A stretch of DNA of 42,645 nt from Sphaeroforma arctica JP610 (taxonomy: Eukaryota). Every line of letters starts with the position of its first letter. Position 1 is the stretch's first letter. Location of the stretch: NCBI RefSeq assembly GCF_001186125.1, contig NW_014040365.1, positions 48,187-90,831 on the forward strand. The letters run 5' to 3'. Below, piece by piece: positions 1 through 13,700 of this stretch. Position numbers and translations under genes: made by a program. A model generated the notes under the pieces. It had not been told where the DNA came from. It made no database searches and saw only the letters and a program-made list of their open reading frames with translations.

Positions 1-218
1 TGCACGTCTATATGTGCATGGATGTACATATGTATCGTCACTCTGTCGACGCCGATTTTACTTCTCTGCCTTTGTAGCTCATTAATGGCCCATGAAGCTC
101 AGCTTCTTGAAGTGTTAGTTGTAAATGTAGCCCAAATGCCCTGGTTTTATAGCAAAAAGAATTTACTTGATACCTGAATCGCTCAACTCTATTAAATACT
201 TTGTATACTATCGAACAG

Positions 219-3200
219 GAAGACAGTTGCTCCATGATTTGGTGAAGGACTGCGATGTGATGATGGAGAACTTTATTCCTGGAAAATTAAAGGGTATGCC
301 ATACAGCTGCCGATGAGTAGATGCGCAAAATCAGACTCTAGCCGGTCGCAGTGTTGACTAGATGTGAACGGCTAGATAGCTCTCGGTACAGTTAGTCCTA
401 GTACGGTAGAACATTATGCGAGTGCTATCGAACATTGCACACTCTAAGATGGACGGCAATGCCTTGTTGCATATTGCGAAACCTGCATAATATCAGTGAG
501 CACTGCTAAAGAACAAACTTAGCGAGCAGATTCTATAAGCACGAAGACCCACCTTGTCCATCAAGACATAGACCATGACTATAGTCTTCTCAGAAGAGTG
601 CAGAAGAACTTCGCATACAAGATACCTGATCTTGCCGGATTGGGAACCACAAAGGTGGAATACGATGTGTCTAACCAAAGGGGTATTGAGATAGGCCGGT
701 GTTTATACCTACCTTCTTTGCAGAAGTCCCTGCATCGTCCTCGCCTCTGAATGGATATCGACCCTCTTTTCGTTGCGTTTGGTTCATGTTGAATATCAGG
801 TTTGAGCTCCCCTGATATACACCAATATACCTACGATGTGAGCACACACGCTCTTTCTCGTCGGACATCCTGTAAACCCTCCTGAAGTTCGCTTATGCGA
901 ACATGTCTACATTATGGGACCATGTCTATGCTAACTTCGATATTATGAATCTCGCTGATATTCCGCCTCAACAGATTTGGGCCTAGACTATGAGACGATG
1001 TCTGCGATAAACCCGACGCTCATATATTGTTCCATCTCCGGGTTTGGGTCGACTGGTCCATATTCACAAAGACCTGGCTATGACCTGATAGCCAGCGCCG
1101 TTGGTGGATTGATGTCTACTACCGGGCCCGAAAACGGTATGCTTATAAGCCGTACGAGTCAAATACTAAATATGTATTTGTGTAGGTATGTATGTGTGCG
1201 TATATTCCTATTTGGCATTAGCTCAAACGCGGCCATGATCTAGCCGCCAGAGCTGTTTGTGAACCGATGTATACTTCCGGGCCCCAAACCGATGTGCGTT
1301 TTATTAAGTATATATTTCCATGTCATTATCAACTAATATAGCTAATCGTAATCTATATTTTATTATGTACGTTCGTGTGATTGTGCATAGTTATTTGAGG
1401 TGCGATTTAGACCAGACGACTAGTATCGTGGACGGATACCCGGTTCTACAACGAAATACTTGTGGCGTGTCAAATCAACAGTCGTCTACAATACTACATT
1501 GTTATCTGTGGGAGTGAAGTTTCAATTTGCGATAGATGCTATCTGCATATATGCGGCTGTACATGCATGTGATATCTATGATTATAAAAAAATATACTTG
1601 AATATTATATCTGAGTTATACTTGAATGGTATACCTGAGTTATACTTGAATAACATATCTGAGTTATACTTGAGTAACATACCTGAGTTATACTTCAACA
1701 ACATATCTAAGTTATACTTGAATAACATGTCTGAGTTATACTTGAATAGCATACCCAATTTATACTTGAATAGCATATATGAGCTATACTAGAATAACAA
1801 ATCTGAGTTATACTTGAATAGCATATCTGAGTTATACTTGAAAAACATACCTGAGTTATACTTGAGTAACATGCCTGAGTTTTACTTGAATAACATATCT
1901 GAGTTATACTTGAATAGCATATCTGAGTTATACTTGAATAGTGTATCTGAGTCATACTTGAATAACATATCTGAGTCATACTTGAAAAACATGTCTGAGT
2001 TATACTTGAATAACGTACCCGAGTTATACTTGAATAGCATAGATGAGTTATACTAGAATAGCATATCTGAGTTATACTTGAATAACATATCAGTTATACT
2101 TGAATAACATATCTGAGTTATACTTGAATAACATGTCTGAGTTATACTTGAATAACGTACCCGAGTTATACTTGAATAGCATATATGAGTTATACTAGAA
2201 TAGCATATCTTAGTTATACTTGAATAACATATCAGTTATACTTGAATAGCATATCTGAGTTATACTTGAATAGCATACATGAGTTTTACTTGAATAGCAT
2301 ACCTGAGTTATACTTGAATAGAATACCTGAGTTATACTTGAATAACATATCTCAGTTAAACTTGGATTGCATGCTTGAGTTATGCTTGAATAACATACAT
2401 GAGTTATACTTGAAGAACATATCTAAGTTATACTTGAACAGCATACCTAAGTTATATTTGAATAACATATCTGAGTTATACTTGAATAACATAACTGGGT
2501 TATACTTTAATAACATACATGGGTTTTACTTGAATAAAATACCTGAGTTATACTTGAATAGCCTACCTGAGTTACACTTGAATAGTATATCCGAGTTATA
2601 CTTATATAGCATACCTGATTTATACTTGAATAGCATGCCTGAGTTATACTTGAATAACAGACCTTAGTTATACTTGAATAACATATCTGAGTTATACTTG
2701 AATAACATAACTAAGTTATACTTGAATAGCATACATTACATGAGTTCTACTTGAGTAGAATACCTGAGTTATACTTGAATAGCATACCTGAGTTACACTT
2801 GAATAATATATCAGAGTTATACTTATACAGCATACCTGATTTATACTTGAATAGCATGCCTGAGTTATACTTGAATAACAGACCTTAGTTATTCTTGAAT
2901 AATATATCTAAGATATACTTGAATAGAATATCTGAGTTATACTCGAATAACATATCTGAGTTATAATTGAATTGCATGCTTGAGTTATACTTGAATAACA
3001 TACATGAGTTATACTTGAATTGCATGCTTGAGTTATACTTGAACAGCATACCTGAGATATACTTGAATAAAATATCTGAATTATAATTCAATAACATATC
3101 TGAGTTATTCTCGAATAGCATACCTGAGTTACACTTGTATAATATACCTGAGTTATACTTGATTAATATATCTGAGTTTCACTTGAATATCATATCAGAG

Positions 3201-6200
3201 TTATACTTGAATAGCATTTCTGAGTTAAAATTGAATAGTGGATCTGATTCATACTTGAATAACATATCTGAGTTATACTTGAATAACATACCTGTTACAC
3301 TTGAATAACATATCTGAGTTATACTTGAATAGTATATCTGGGCTATTCTTGAATATCATATCTGAGTTATACTTAAATAACATATCTGAGTTATACTTGA
3401 ATAGCATATCTGAGTTATACTCGAATAACACATCTGAGATATACTTGAATAGCATACCTGAGTTATACTTGAATAACATATATGAGTTATACTTGAATTC
3501 ATATGCAAGTTATACTTGCACAGCATACCTGAGTTATACTTGAATAACATATTTGAGTCATAGCATACCTGAGTTACACTTGAAAAACACACTTGAGTTG
3601 TACTTGAATAACATATCTGAGTTTTACTTGAATAACATGACTGAGTTATACTTGAATAACATAAATGAGTTATATTTGACTAGCATACCTGAGTTATACT
3701 TGAATATCATATAAAAGTTATACTTGCACAGCATACCTGAGTTATACTTGAATAACATATCTGAGTCATAGCATACCTGAGTTACACTTGAATAACATAC
3801 CTGAGTTATACTTGAATAACATATCTGGGTTATACTTGAATAGCATACCTGAGTTATACTTGAATAACATACCTGAGTTATACTTGAGTTACATACCTGA
3901 GTTTTACTTGAATAACATATCTGAGTTATATTTGAATAGTATATCTGGGTTATTCTTGAATATCATATCTGAGTTATACTTGAAAAGCACACCTGAGTTA
4001 TACTTGTATATCGTATCTGAGTTATACTTGAATAGCATGTCTAAGTTTTACGTAAATAGTATATCTGGTTTGGAATGTATATACACTTGTGAATACCTGA
4101 AAAGAAGCTGTCATTTGATAGCAGTACAGTCGGTGAAAAAGTTATACATACTATAAACAACTAACGCTACATGTAAGGTATGTTTATGTTGTCCATTGAT
4201 GGACCCGGTTGCACTTTGTATATATAGTTGGAGTGCGTTTTCACTGTTTCATTTCTTTTCTGCGGCCATACGTAATTGCTAGTGCCGTAGGCAAGCTCAT
4301 ATGCACTACGAAACTCGACAACGTTAGTGGTTTTTTGAATTAGCACTTACGTGTTCTAGTTCTTGATTGTTATACGCATACTCAATTTATAAGTGACTAA
4401 GTGTGGATGTGTAGTTCCACTCGGCCATGCTAACCAAGACTCAACTTGTTGAGAACATGGGATATAAAGTCGTAGAATACAGCAAGTGGTACTTTGCGCA
4501 CAAAGTTACTGAAGTAAACGTATCATCCAGCCCTAAATATATCATTCACTGTAACGCTATACAACTCGCTCTCTCTGCTCTAGGGCCTCCCTGCAAGACG
4601 GGAGTGGCACTTACAGATCTGATGACCGGTCTACAGGCGTATGGGGCAGTATCTTCCGCACTCTTTGCGCTGAGGTCCAAACAATACAAAGCCGTGAGGA
4701 GCGGTGATCAGCACCAAGAGATTAGGGGCCAGCATATCGAATGTTCTCTGCTGGAGACACAGGTAGGAACGGACGACTAATTCTGCCCTATATCTTACTG
4801 GTGCGAAATACTGGTGCGAAAGCTTATTTGGTTTTCAAGCGTATTGATGAGTACAAGGTGGCAGAAAGTAGAGATTGTTGAGGCTAATGATGGTTACCCT
4901 TAGCCCGTACTTTAGCCTCTAATGAAATGTTACCATATAACCGCACTCTGACATGCTCTGACTCACGAATGTAGGTATCTGCGCTCACCCATCTGGCCAG
5001 CAACTACCTACTCACGGGACAGGAAGCCCGCCGTCGTGGCACTTCTCACGCTAGCATTGTACCGTACCAGGTATATCCTATACATACAAGTACTTGTATA
5101 TCATAATATATTACCTGATGGAATGAACCTGATACTGTTGTATAGGTGCTCTTTATGGGTAGGCACTGTCGCATGACGTTTACTTCAGTCAGAATAGAGG
5201 GAAGCACAGGTATAAGGCCCTTACGTCCAATGTCATAGGGGGTGTAAGCATTCTATCACGCCACTTACATACCAAAACGTTCTGCCCAACTGTCCTAATT
5301 CTTGAAAGATAAAAACAGAATGCATTTGACGGAACGATCATTTGCTATGTGAGATGGTACAATACTTTATGCATTATTATTAGTAATACAAAGCATCCAA
5401 TTTTTGTCCCAACGTCCTCAAGAGATTGTGTATGTAGTAATTGTATAACGTCTTTCGAGCTGCGAATGCGAAGCATTGACTGATGAGCAACAGTCAATAC
5501 GCCCACATGTTTGTACATTGATACCGAAATATGGTCAAATGGAAGTGTGTTAAGTGACAAATCACTATCAAGTCTACCTCGTGGCTACATACGGCACTAC
5601 ACTCTTTATTCTCTATGCCCTTCTGCAAAGCCCTTTCATCTGGGTGCTCACTGCTCGTCAACAGATCTACAATGAATTGCATTGGTTGGTGGTGGCCAAC
5701 TTAGATTCCGTTTTCTAAGGCTGCATGACGAATTCATGTAATGTCTCGGCCCCTATGTCTGCGAAACTAGACTAGTCAGGAGGTTTTCATCTCGGAAAAT
5801 CTGAATCACAACTTCGCTATTTCACTGCGCTTTGCTGTACGGCAGTGGCAATCACTCCCTTTTCACGACTCTATGCCAATATACGGTATGAGCGTATACA
5901 GGCGCGCATGACTGTATTGTATGGCCTAAAAATCTCTACATCATTATACGGCACAGGCGTGTGTATCAACTCACACATTGCGTGGTTGATCACAACTTAG
6001 CTCGTAATACGCAGAGTGCACCCGATTTCACGTTTGTCGCCTCGCCAATCTCGTTTCCAGCAGAAACTGTGTTGATAAGAAATTATTCGTACCACATATG
6101 CCTGCGTCACTAGAACATATGGCATAATATCCATGGAGCGCATTCTTAAGCAAGCTCAAATACATCAGCTTGTATTCTCATCACACAGGCGTTTGCCACC

Positions 6201-8081
6201 TCAGACGGATATATGATGATAGCTGCAATGAATAACAAGCAATTCAAAGACCTATGTTGTGTGCTCGATGTATCGCACCTTCTTGATGATCACCGGTTTA
6301 ATGAGAATGAAAGGAGGGTGGCAAACCGGGATGACCTGCTGCGTATGTATACGTGAATATGTTTTTATGTATCAAGAATGTGTAATGTGTAGGTTCTGAT
6401 AAGTTTATATGCAAAATTGAACAAGCTTCTTGCGCTCAAGCTACCTGGGCCATCCACATTGTAGTTGAGCGCACCAGGTCTAAGCTAAGAATGTTGAAGG
6501 TCCTAAGCAATCAAGGTTTGCCTTGAGATTGTCCACATTTTAGTCATGCCGAACTTCTGGTGACTATGAATATTATAGCTCTGATTCATTGTTATTATGA
6601 TACAACCTATTCCTCTGCATCGTGCGTAGACTAAATCAGGCCTTGGTGCCCTTCTGCTTCCGGGTAGAACAGTTGCAGCTGTGTGTCAGAGCATGAGTGC
6701 CGCTTGCTCTGAAACCTAAGCTTGAGTTCCAAGTGATGTTTGCTGTCCGGTAGTTGTATGTCCCATTGACTTGTGGATCTGAACGATATTGCGTGCTTGC
6801 TTGTCGTGTACTGTTTCTCGGTGTCTGTATTCAAATTTGTATCAAAGAGCATATCCTTGAGCAGCGCTATCCGTCGTGTCTCGTTCTCGTAAGTTTGTAT
6901 CGCATTGCATCGTCTGTTGAAACACGTCTGTAGGAATTCCCAATATTTACCATAATATTAAAAGCGGTACAATAACATAGCAACTTAACATCCGTCGCAT
7001 GATCCTGGTCGTGTATGGTGTACACCATCCCAGCTAGTTTAAAAGCACAACTTGAGCGGAATAAATCACATAGAGGGAGACATTACTTTAACTACAGTTT
7101 TAGGATGCGCACACTATTGAGTTGGAATACACAACTATATACACACACGTGCATAGCGGCATGTCTCCGTAGAGTTACCACCAAACTTCGTATGTGTTAA
7201 ATTTTTCACCACAGCTCAGCTAGAGGCGCGACTACAGACGCAGAGTACTTCGGAGTGGATGAAAGTATTGCAGGGCACAAGTGTAGGGTGTGCCCCAATC
7301 AACAGCGTGGGACAAGCGCTAAACGATGAGCAGGTACGTTTAGTAGTGACCTATAGAGCATTGCCGTCGTATTTTAATGTATCGTTTGATCAGGTGTAGC
7401 GAATGTTCCCGTGACGAGCTTGAGTACTAAACGATGCTGCATATAATATACGACAGTGTCTGTAAACGCACCCTGGTGTGTCAATATGGACAGATTTTTC
7501 CCGGGCCGGAAAGTATTTATTCTGAAAAAATCGAGTACCTTGTTCTGGTCAAGGTCACCAATAATACAAAGTGGCCCTGACACCGTTTCACTCAGTACTC
7601 ATGCTATCCAATAGCATGATCTTGTATCATGGCACGTCCTGACAGTGATAGCATCCATGTGCACTACGACGGTCATCATGACATTGATTTCTTATCCCAT
7701 GATGGTTTGTTGTTCCTGCATAGATCATAGAGACCGGTCAGATTGCCGCAATGGACAGAAACGACCTCACTAATACACATTACTCACCACAACGGAGTCT
7801 TCCCTTACTTTGAAACCCAATCTCAGGCACCTCACTTTACTTCACTTATTCACTCCGTATCATGTCAGGTGTTACACCTGAACCTAATCCAAATGCTAGA
7901 GCATCCCGTTGCTGGCCCTATTAAGACGGTTGGACTACCTGTCTCGTTCAGTCAAACACCCGGATCAGTTCGTACCGCACCCCCGCTATTGGGCGAACAC
8001 ACTTCGGAACTTCTCAGCGAATTTCTGCAGAAGACTTCCATAGAGATCATTGATTTGAGGGACAGGGGTGTAGTCGCGTGA
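219..8081 (+). CDS. SUGCT: Family III (CaiB/BaiF) CoA-transferase, succinate-hydroxymethylglutarate CoA-transferase-like; 5' end lies upstream of the window
   Basis: Exons 219-293, 975-1136, 4584-4762, 4975-5070, 6189-6342, 7215-7333 and 7869-8081 are all GT-AG with matching phases. The joined protein has family III motifs: [50 protein letters not shown] (catalytic Asp in GYD), [34 protein letters not shown], and C-terminal [13 protein letters not shown]. Confidence 0.93.
1592..4068. repeat. Intronic 24-bp minisatellite of ~100 units, consensus approx. TATCTGAGTTATACTTGAATAACA
   Basis: Continuous tandem array with a conserved core GAGTTATACTTGAA and a variable remainder. It lies inside SUGCT intron 1137-4583 and produces the spurious (ELYLNNIS)n ORFs. 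Confidence 0.97.
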
Positions 8082-9356
8082 TTTATAGGCAGCGCGTGTC
8101 ATTCATTTCGAATGTAGGTTAACTGCGTTGAGTGTATCCTATAAATCCCTCTGGATAATCGCGAACTCCGCTGACTTAGGGGAGATGGCTATGTTCTCGT
8201 CTTGACGCGGGGTTTCGATATTACCAACTCGACTTTCATGTGTTTTAGCTTTGTTCACTACGTTCATTTTGACTGTCAATATGACAGAAATCGAGTATCC
8301 CATAGTGGATATTCCAAGTGACCAAACAACAGAAGGTGGTGCAGCGACTTGAATCTACTCAATAGCTGACATTTCTGCACTGAAAATTAACAAACCAAAG
8401 ATTGCTGAACATTGAGAAGCATCCAGCTAGAAGCATAAAAAAAATCGGGTGGTATATAGGATTTCGATATCTTGTCCGGTTTCTTATCAATCATAAGACG
8501 AGAATCTGTGTTTTATTGTTTCAGCTACCTGACCTGGGTCGTAAACTGTGCACTTCAATAAGCGAGTGGTGAACCACGGTCATAACTAAAATGATAAATC
8601 TGATGGCAAATTAATCGTCAACACTACATTGGTAATTTGAATTCCAAAGATCGGGCGATAAGAGTCGATTTTGAATTGTATTCAGTACGTCGTAGTAGGT
8701 TATACACTTCATGTACTCTTATTGTTTTTTTGTTTTTTTTAAACAACAAGAAGACATATAGAAGTTTCACTGCCGTGCTGAGACTTGTGAGAATGATGGG
8801 CATTACATAGCCATTTTCTAAAGTGGCGGAAAGAGGAACCAAACTTGCAGGCTGTAGCCAGTGCTGGGTACAATCGGAGGCTGTGATTGTGTGAGCGTGG
8901 ATACTGGATTGTGGACTTCTGGACAGGTGGAATCATTAAATCTCATACATAATGACCATCAGATGACCATCAGTGATGCATATGCATTGTTAAATAGAGT
9001 TGATGCAACTCTCGTCAGCTCTGAGCAGACCAAAAGCGTCTGAAGTAGGCATTGAAAAAAAGTGACTTGCATAGCTTTATTTTTATCATCTAATCACGTG
9101 CATCTATGGAATCTCTACGGGATTTCATTGGATAATAATGCACTATTTTAAAAAGGTGGATATTTACTCCATTTTTGGGTTATATGTAACCCTACGCTTT
9201 TTTCTACTTCTATTACGTTATTCAAAAATGCGTCCAACGTTTCTATTTCAAAACTGAATAGTAAGTTTAAAATTATCGACAGGCCCAGAGAGATGATAGT
9301 GTTACACAGTACTACTCACCTTGGTATCAGTTAATCACATACTTCAAATATAAAAC

Positions 9357-9816
9357 ATGGGCATATTCAAGGCTGCGTCGCCTCTGGTGAAGGCTTTAAC
9401 AGGTGGGTTTGTTCTCTCTTTGCCGTCCGATTACACTAATTGATGGTTTTAGATTAGGTTCTAGCGTTGTCGGATCGACAATCTGCCTAAGTCTATGTTA
9501 TCATTATTTTTAGTATTTTCATTCATGGCTATGCACGCACATATGGAGCCACAGTTGGGTACGTATCTGTCCATATGAAAATACTTTGGCTTATTTCAGA
9601 AAGAAGTGGAAACTCTCAAATTCATATGCGCGTACACCTGCATGCCACTCTACTAGTTTCATCTACTTTTTGTTGTGTTATATATATATCTATATATATA
9701 TACATATACAAACCTACATACATACATACATACATACATACACATACATACACACACACATACATACATACATACATCCGTACGTACATACATCCGTACG
9801 TACATACATCCGTACG

Positions 9817-9868
<52 letters not shown>

Positions 9869-10103
9869 TACATATATACATGTATACATATTTACATATA
9901 TACATACATATATACATACATACTTACATACATACATACATTTATACATACATACATTTATACATACATACATACATACATATAAACATATATACATACA
10001 TATATATATATATATATATCTATTTATATAATAAATATATATGTATAAATATATATATATATATCTATTTATATATATATATACATATATCTCTCTATTT
10101 TAT

Positions 10104-10137
<34 letters not shown>

Positions 10138-10279
10138 ATGTATGTATGTATATATATATATATATGTATGTATATAAACATATATATATATTTGTAATTA
10201 CATTTATATATATATATATATTTATATATATATACATACGCACACACACACAAAATTACATGCATACATACATACATAA

Positions 10280-10329
<50 letters not shown>

Positions 10330-10559
10330 ATGTTATTTGTGTGTGTATGTACGGTAAGTATNNNNNNNNNNNNNNNNNNNNTACATACATACATATATAC
10401 ATACATACATATATATATCTCTATTTATATTATATCTATCTATTTATATAAATATATACATTTGTATACATCTATATATATATATGTATATAAACATATA
10501 TTTTTATATGTTTATATTTATATGTATATTAATATATATTTTTATATATATATATTTAA

Positions 10560-10591
<32 letters not shown>

Positions 10592-10758
10592 GTATATACA
10601 TCCGCACACACACAAATACATACATGCATACTTATATATATATATGTGGGTGTGTGTGTCCGTAAGTATATACGTATGTGTACATATATATATTTATACG
10701 TATATAAATATATATGTATGTTTATATATATATATATTTATACATACACACACACATG

Positions 10759-10792
<34 letters not shown>

Positions 10793-13700
10793 CGTACATA
10801 TTTATGCATATACATATATACATATATATGTACACACACACATATATATATATATATATTCATTTATATATATGTATTCATTTATATATATGTATTCATT
10901 TATATATATGTACATATACAAATATACATACACACACATACACACACATATATATATATATATACATAGATACACACCCACATATATATATATTGTGGTG
11001 CACTGTTTAACACACAACCGGAGATGGATCAAGAATGTACTTATAAGTGTATATAGAACTATAAGCTGCGTTTTTGCCATATTGGGAGATGTACATAGGC
11101 AAAGACAGCCGCAAAGCTAATTGTCAAATACTTCATTCTGGTACATTTAAATACATGGATACTAATAAGCTTCATATCCGGCTGTGCATATACTATGCAC
11201 AGCCAGTGCACAAATCAAAGTCGCTTATTATCAACTTCAGCAGGAGATTCCAAGCTGAACAACAATCCATCTCTGCCAACCCCACGCATGTACAAGTATC
11301 TGCGGTATCTGATGACTGCTTCGACTAACGACTACCACACTACTAATTTTCGCAGCAAATGCCAACCTGGGCAATAAGCTGCGTCCTCTGGCCACAGCTG
11401 GATGCTCGCACACACATGGTCATCCGGCTGCACCACCGTCGATCAAGGCCTCGCACTCGCACTTTGGTTCGTCGTCAACACCATCTGATGAAGACAAGAG
11501 AATTAATAACTTCACCACCACACCGAATTCGGAGAAGGCTCGGCCTTGGGACCATGTGGTATGAATAGTTATGAGTGTACATATATCATTCTTTACAGAT
11601 ACATGTATACACATAAAATATAGGTGTTGTAGTGGGAGCGGGAATCCTTACTATACTCAGCCCACAAAGGTATCCCGTTCTCTCTATCGCTTTTATGGCA
11701 ATATCGCCATTATCGAGACGCACTAACAGTATTTTAGTATATATATGTACGTATGTATGTATGTATGTGCGTATGTTCGTTTATATGTATGTATGTATGT
11801 TCGTTTGTATGTATGTATGTATGTATATTTTTATGTGTGTACGTATGCATGTATGTACGTATTAATGTATGTACGTATGTATGTATTTATGTACGTAAGT
11901 ATTTATGTATGTATATGTGTATAAGTATGAATAAATATATATATTTATATATGTATATATATATATATATATTACGTATGTATTTACGTATGTACGTATG
12001 AATGGATATGTGTGTGTTTTGTATGTATGTATGATATATATGTGTACGTATGTATGATATATGTATATATGTTCACATGTACATATGTATTTTATATGCA
12101 AATATTTATATAAGAATATGTATGTATATTTATATATTTATATATAATGTATATGTATATATATATATTTATACATGTACATATTTATACATATTTATGC
12201 ACACACATAAATATATATATATATATTTATATGCATATAAATATATTTACGTATATGTATATATATACATATAAATATATATATATATATATATAACGGA
12301 GCATCTGATACAGCTCCATTTTCTGCGCGCCGATGTTTGGGTGTGGAGTCTGGCCGTCTGATCAATGCACAATCAGCCAGTTCATATTCCTGCCATTCAG
12401 CGATATGGGACACGCGTGAAATTTCATTTACTAATACAAAATGCAACCTAATCGAGCGATTATGATTCAGCAGTATATGGTACACTCCGAACACATTGCA
12501 CCTGTTTGTGCTTATGCTAGTCCTGGCGCATACTATGTCTTGCTTACTTTTGTGTTGGTTTCTCTTCACAGCCTTCACTTAACAGCATGCGCAACTTCGA
12601 TTCCGATCGAGCAGATTATGAGAAGATTATGGGCAACAATAGAGCGTAAGTAGAGTTATAATTCACTTTCGCCTTTGCTGTATCTTCTTGATAAAGTACA
12701 GCTGCTATGGATATAGATATAGTACACCTGTGCCGGAAGTGTGATTAGTACTCTCTTTCGTCGGCAGACTCAGCTGTTTCGTACTTTGAAAAATGAGGCC
12801 GTGTGCATAACATAGTATATCTGGTTGTAACTTACACATTGACATACACGCATATACATATACATTTATACATATACATACATATATATATATATATATA
12901 CAGATATACATATATATATACATGTATATATACATATATATATACAAATTTATATATCTATATCTATATATATATATAAATATATATCTACATATATATA
13001 CCTATATATATATATCATGTACATATATCTATATTATATAGATATATATATCTATATTATATACATATATATATGTGTGTGTATATGTATACACGCACAC
13101 ACACTACTTATATATATATATATATATATTGTACTTATATATATATATATATATATATTTGTACTTATATATATATATGTTTTCTGTTTTATGGACATAC
13201 TTGAATACACACAAATATTTATAAACATCATATATATATATGTATCTGTATATATATACATCCATACATATATATATATATATATTTAAATCTATATGTA
13301 TATATATATGTAAATATATGTATGTATGTATGTATGTCTACGTATTTATGGTGCATATTGATTGTTATACATAGTTTATGTGTAATTGTCTGGAAAATTG
13401 TATCCAAATAATGTTAAGGTCACTTTTGTACTGATGTAGTGTCCATGCATTCTAGTGTCAAATGAAGAATTATTTTAGGCTGGGGTTTATACCTGGTGCC
13501 GGCGATAGCCAGGAGGGAGGAAACAATGCTTACATGCTCGACCGAACTATATCTGAAATCAGGTCGGGACATGTGTATCATATATTCTATCATGCCATGC
13601 ACCACCAGATCTGATTAATGCATCCCGAATGCTATCTATTGGTACCACTTGTAAATCAGGTGGGTCGAAAAGCGCTTAGAGACAGAACCAGACTATTTCA

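Noticed and set aside
1592..4068. CRISPR-like array, or a real LRR protein gene
   Set aside because: Units are head-to-tail with no unique spacers and no cas genes are present. The ORFs are broken by stops and frameshifts, the 8-aa period is too short for a true LRR, and the array lies in a SUGCT intron.
6431..6540. Two small hairpins (TGCGCTCAA/TTGAGCGCA; TCAAGG/CCTTGA) followed by ACA, as a possible H/ACA snoRNA
   Set aside because: The hairpins are too short and there is no ANANNA H-box between them.
11241..11304. Possible extra carbonic anhydrase exon after TTCAG at 11240
   Set aside because: The available donors leave it out of phase with exon 11356-11558.
9575..13289. Many 60-200 aa Y/I/H/T/C/V-rich ORFs (also at 23407-24524, 26489-27614 and 39994-40824)
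   Set aside because: They are translations of TA/CA/TACA microsatellites and N-gaps, not genes.
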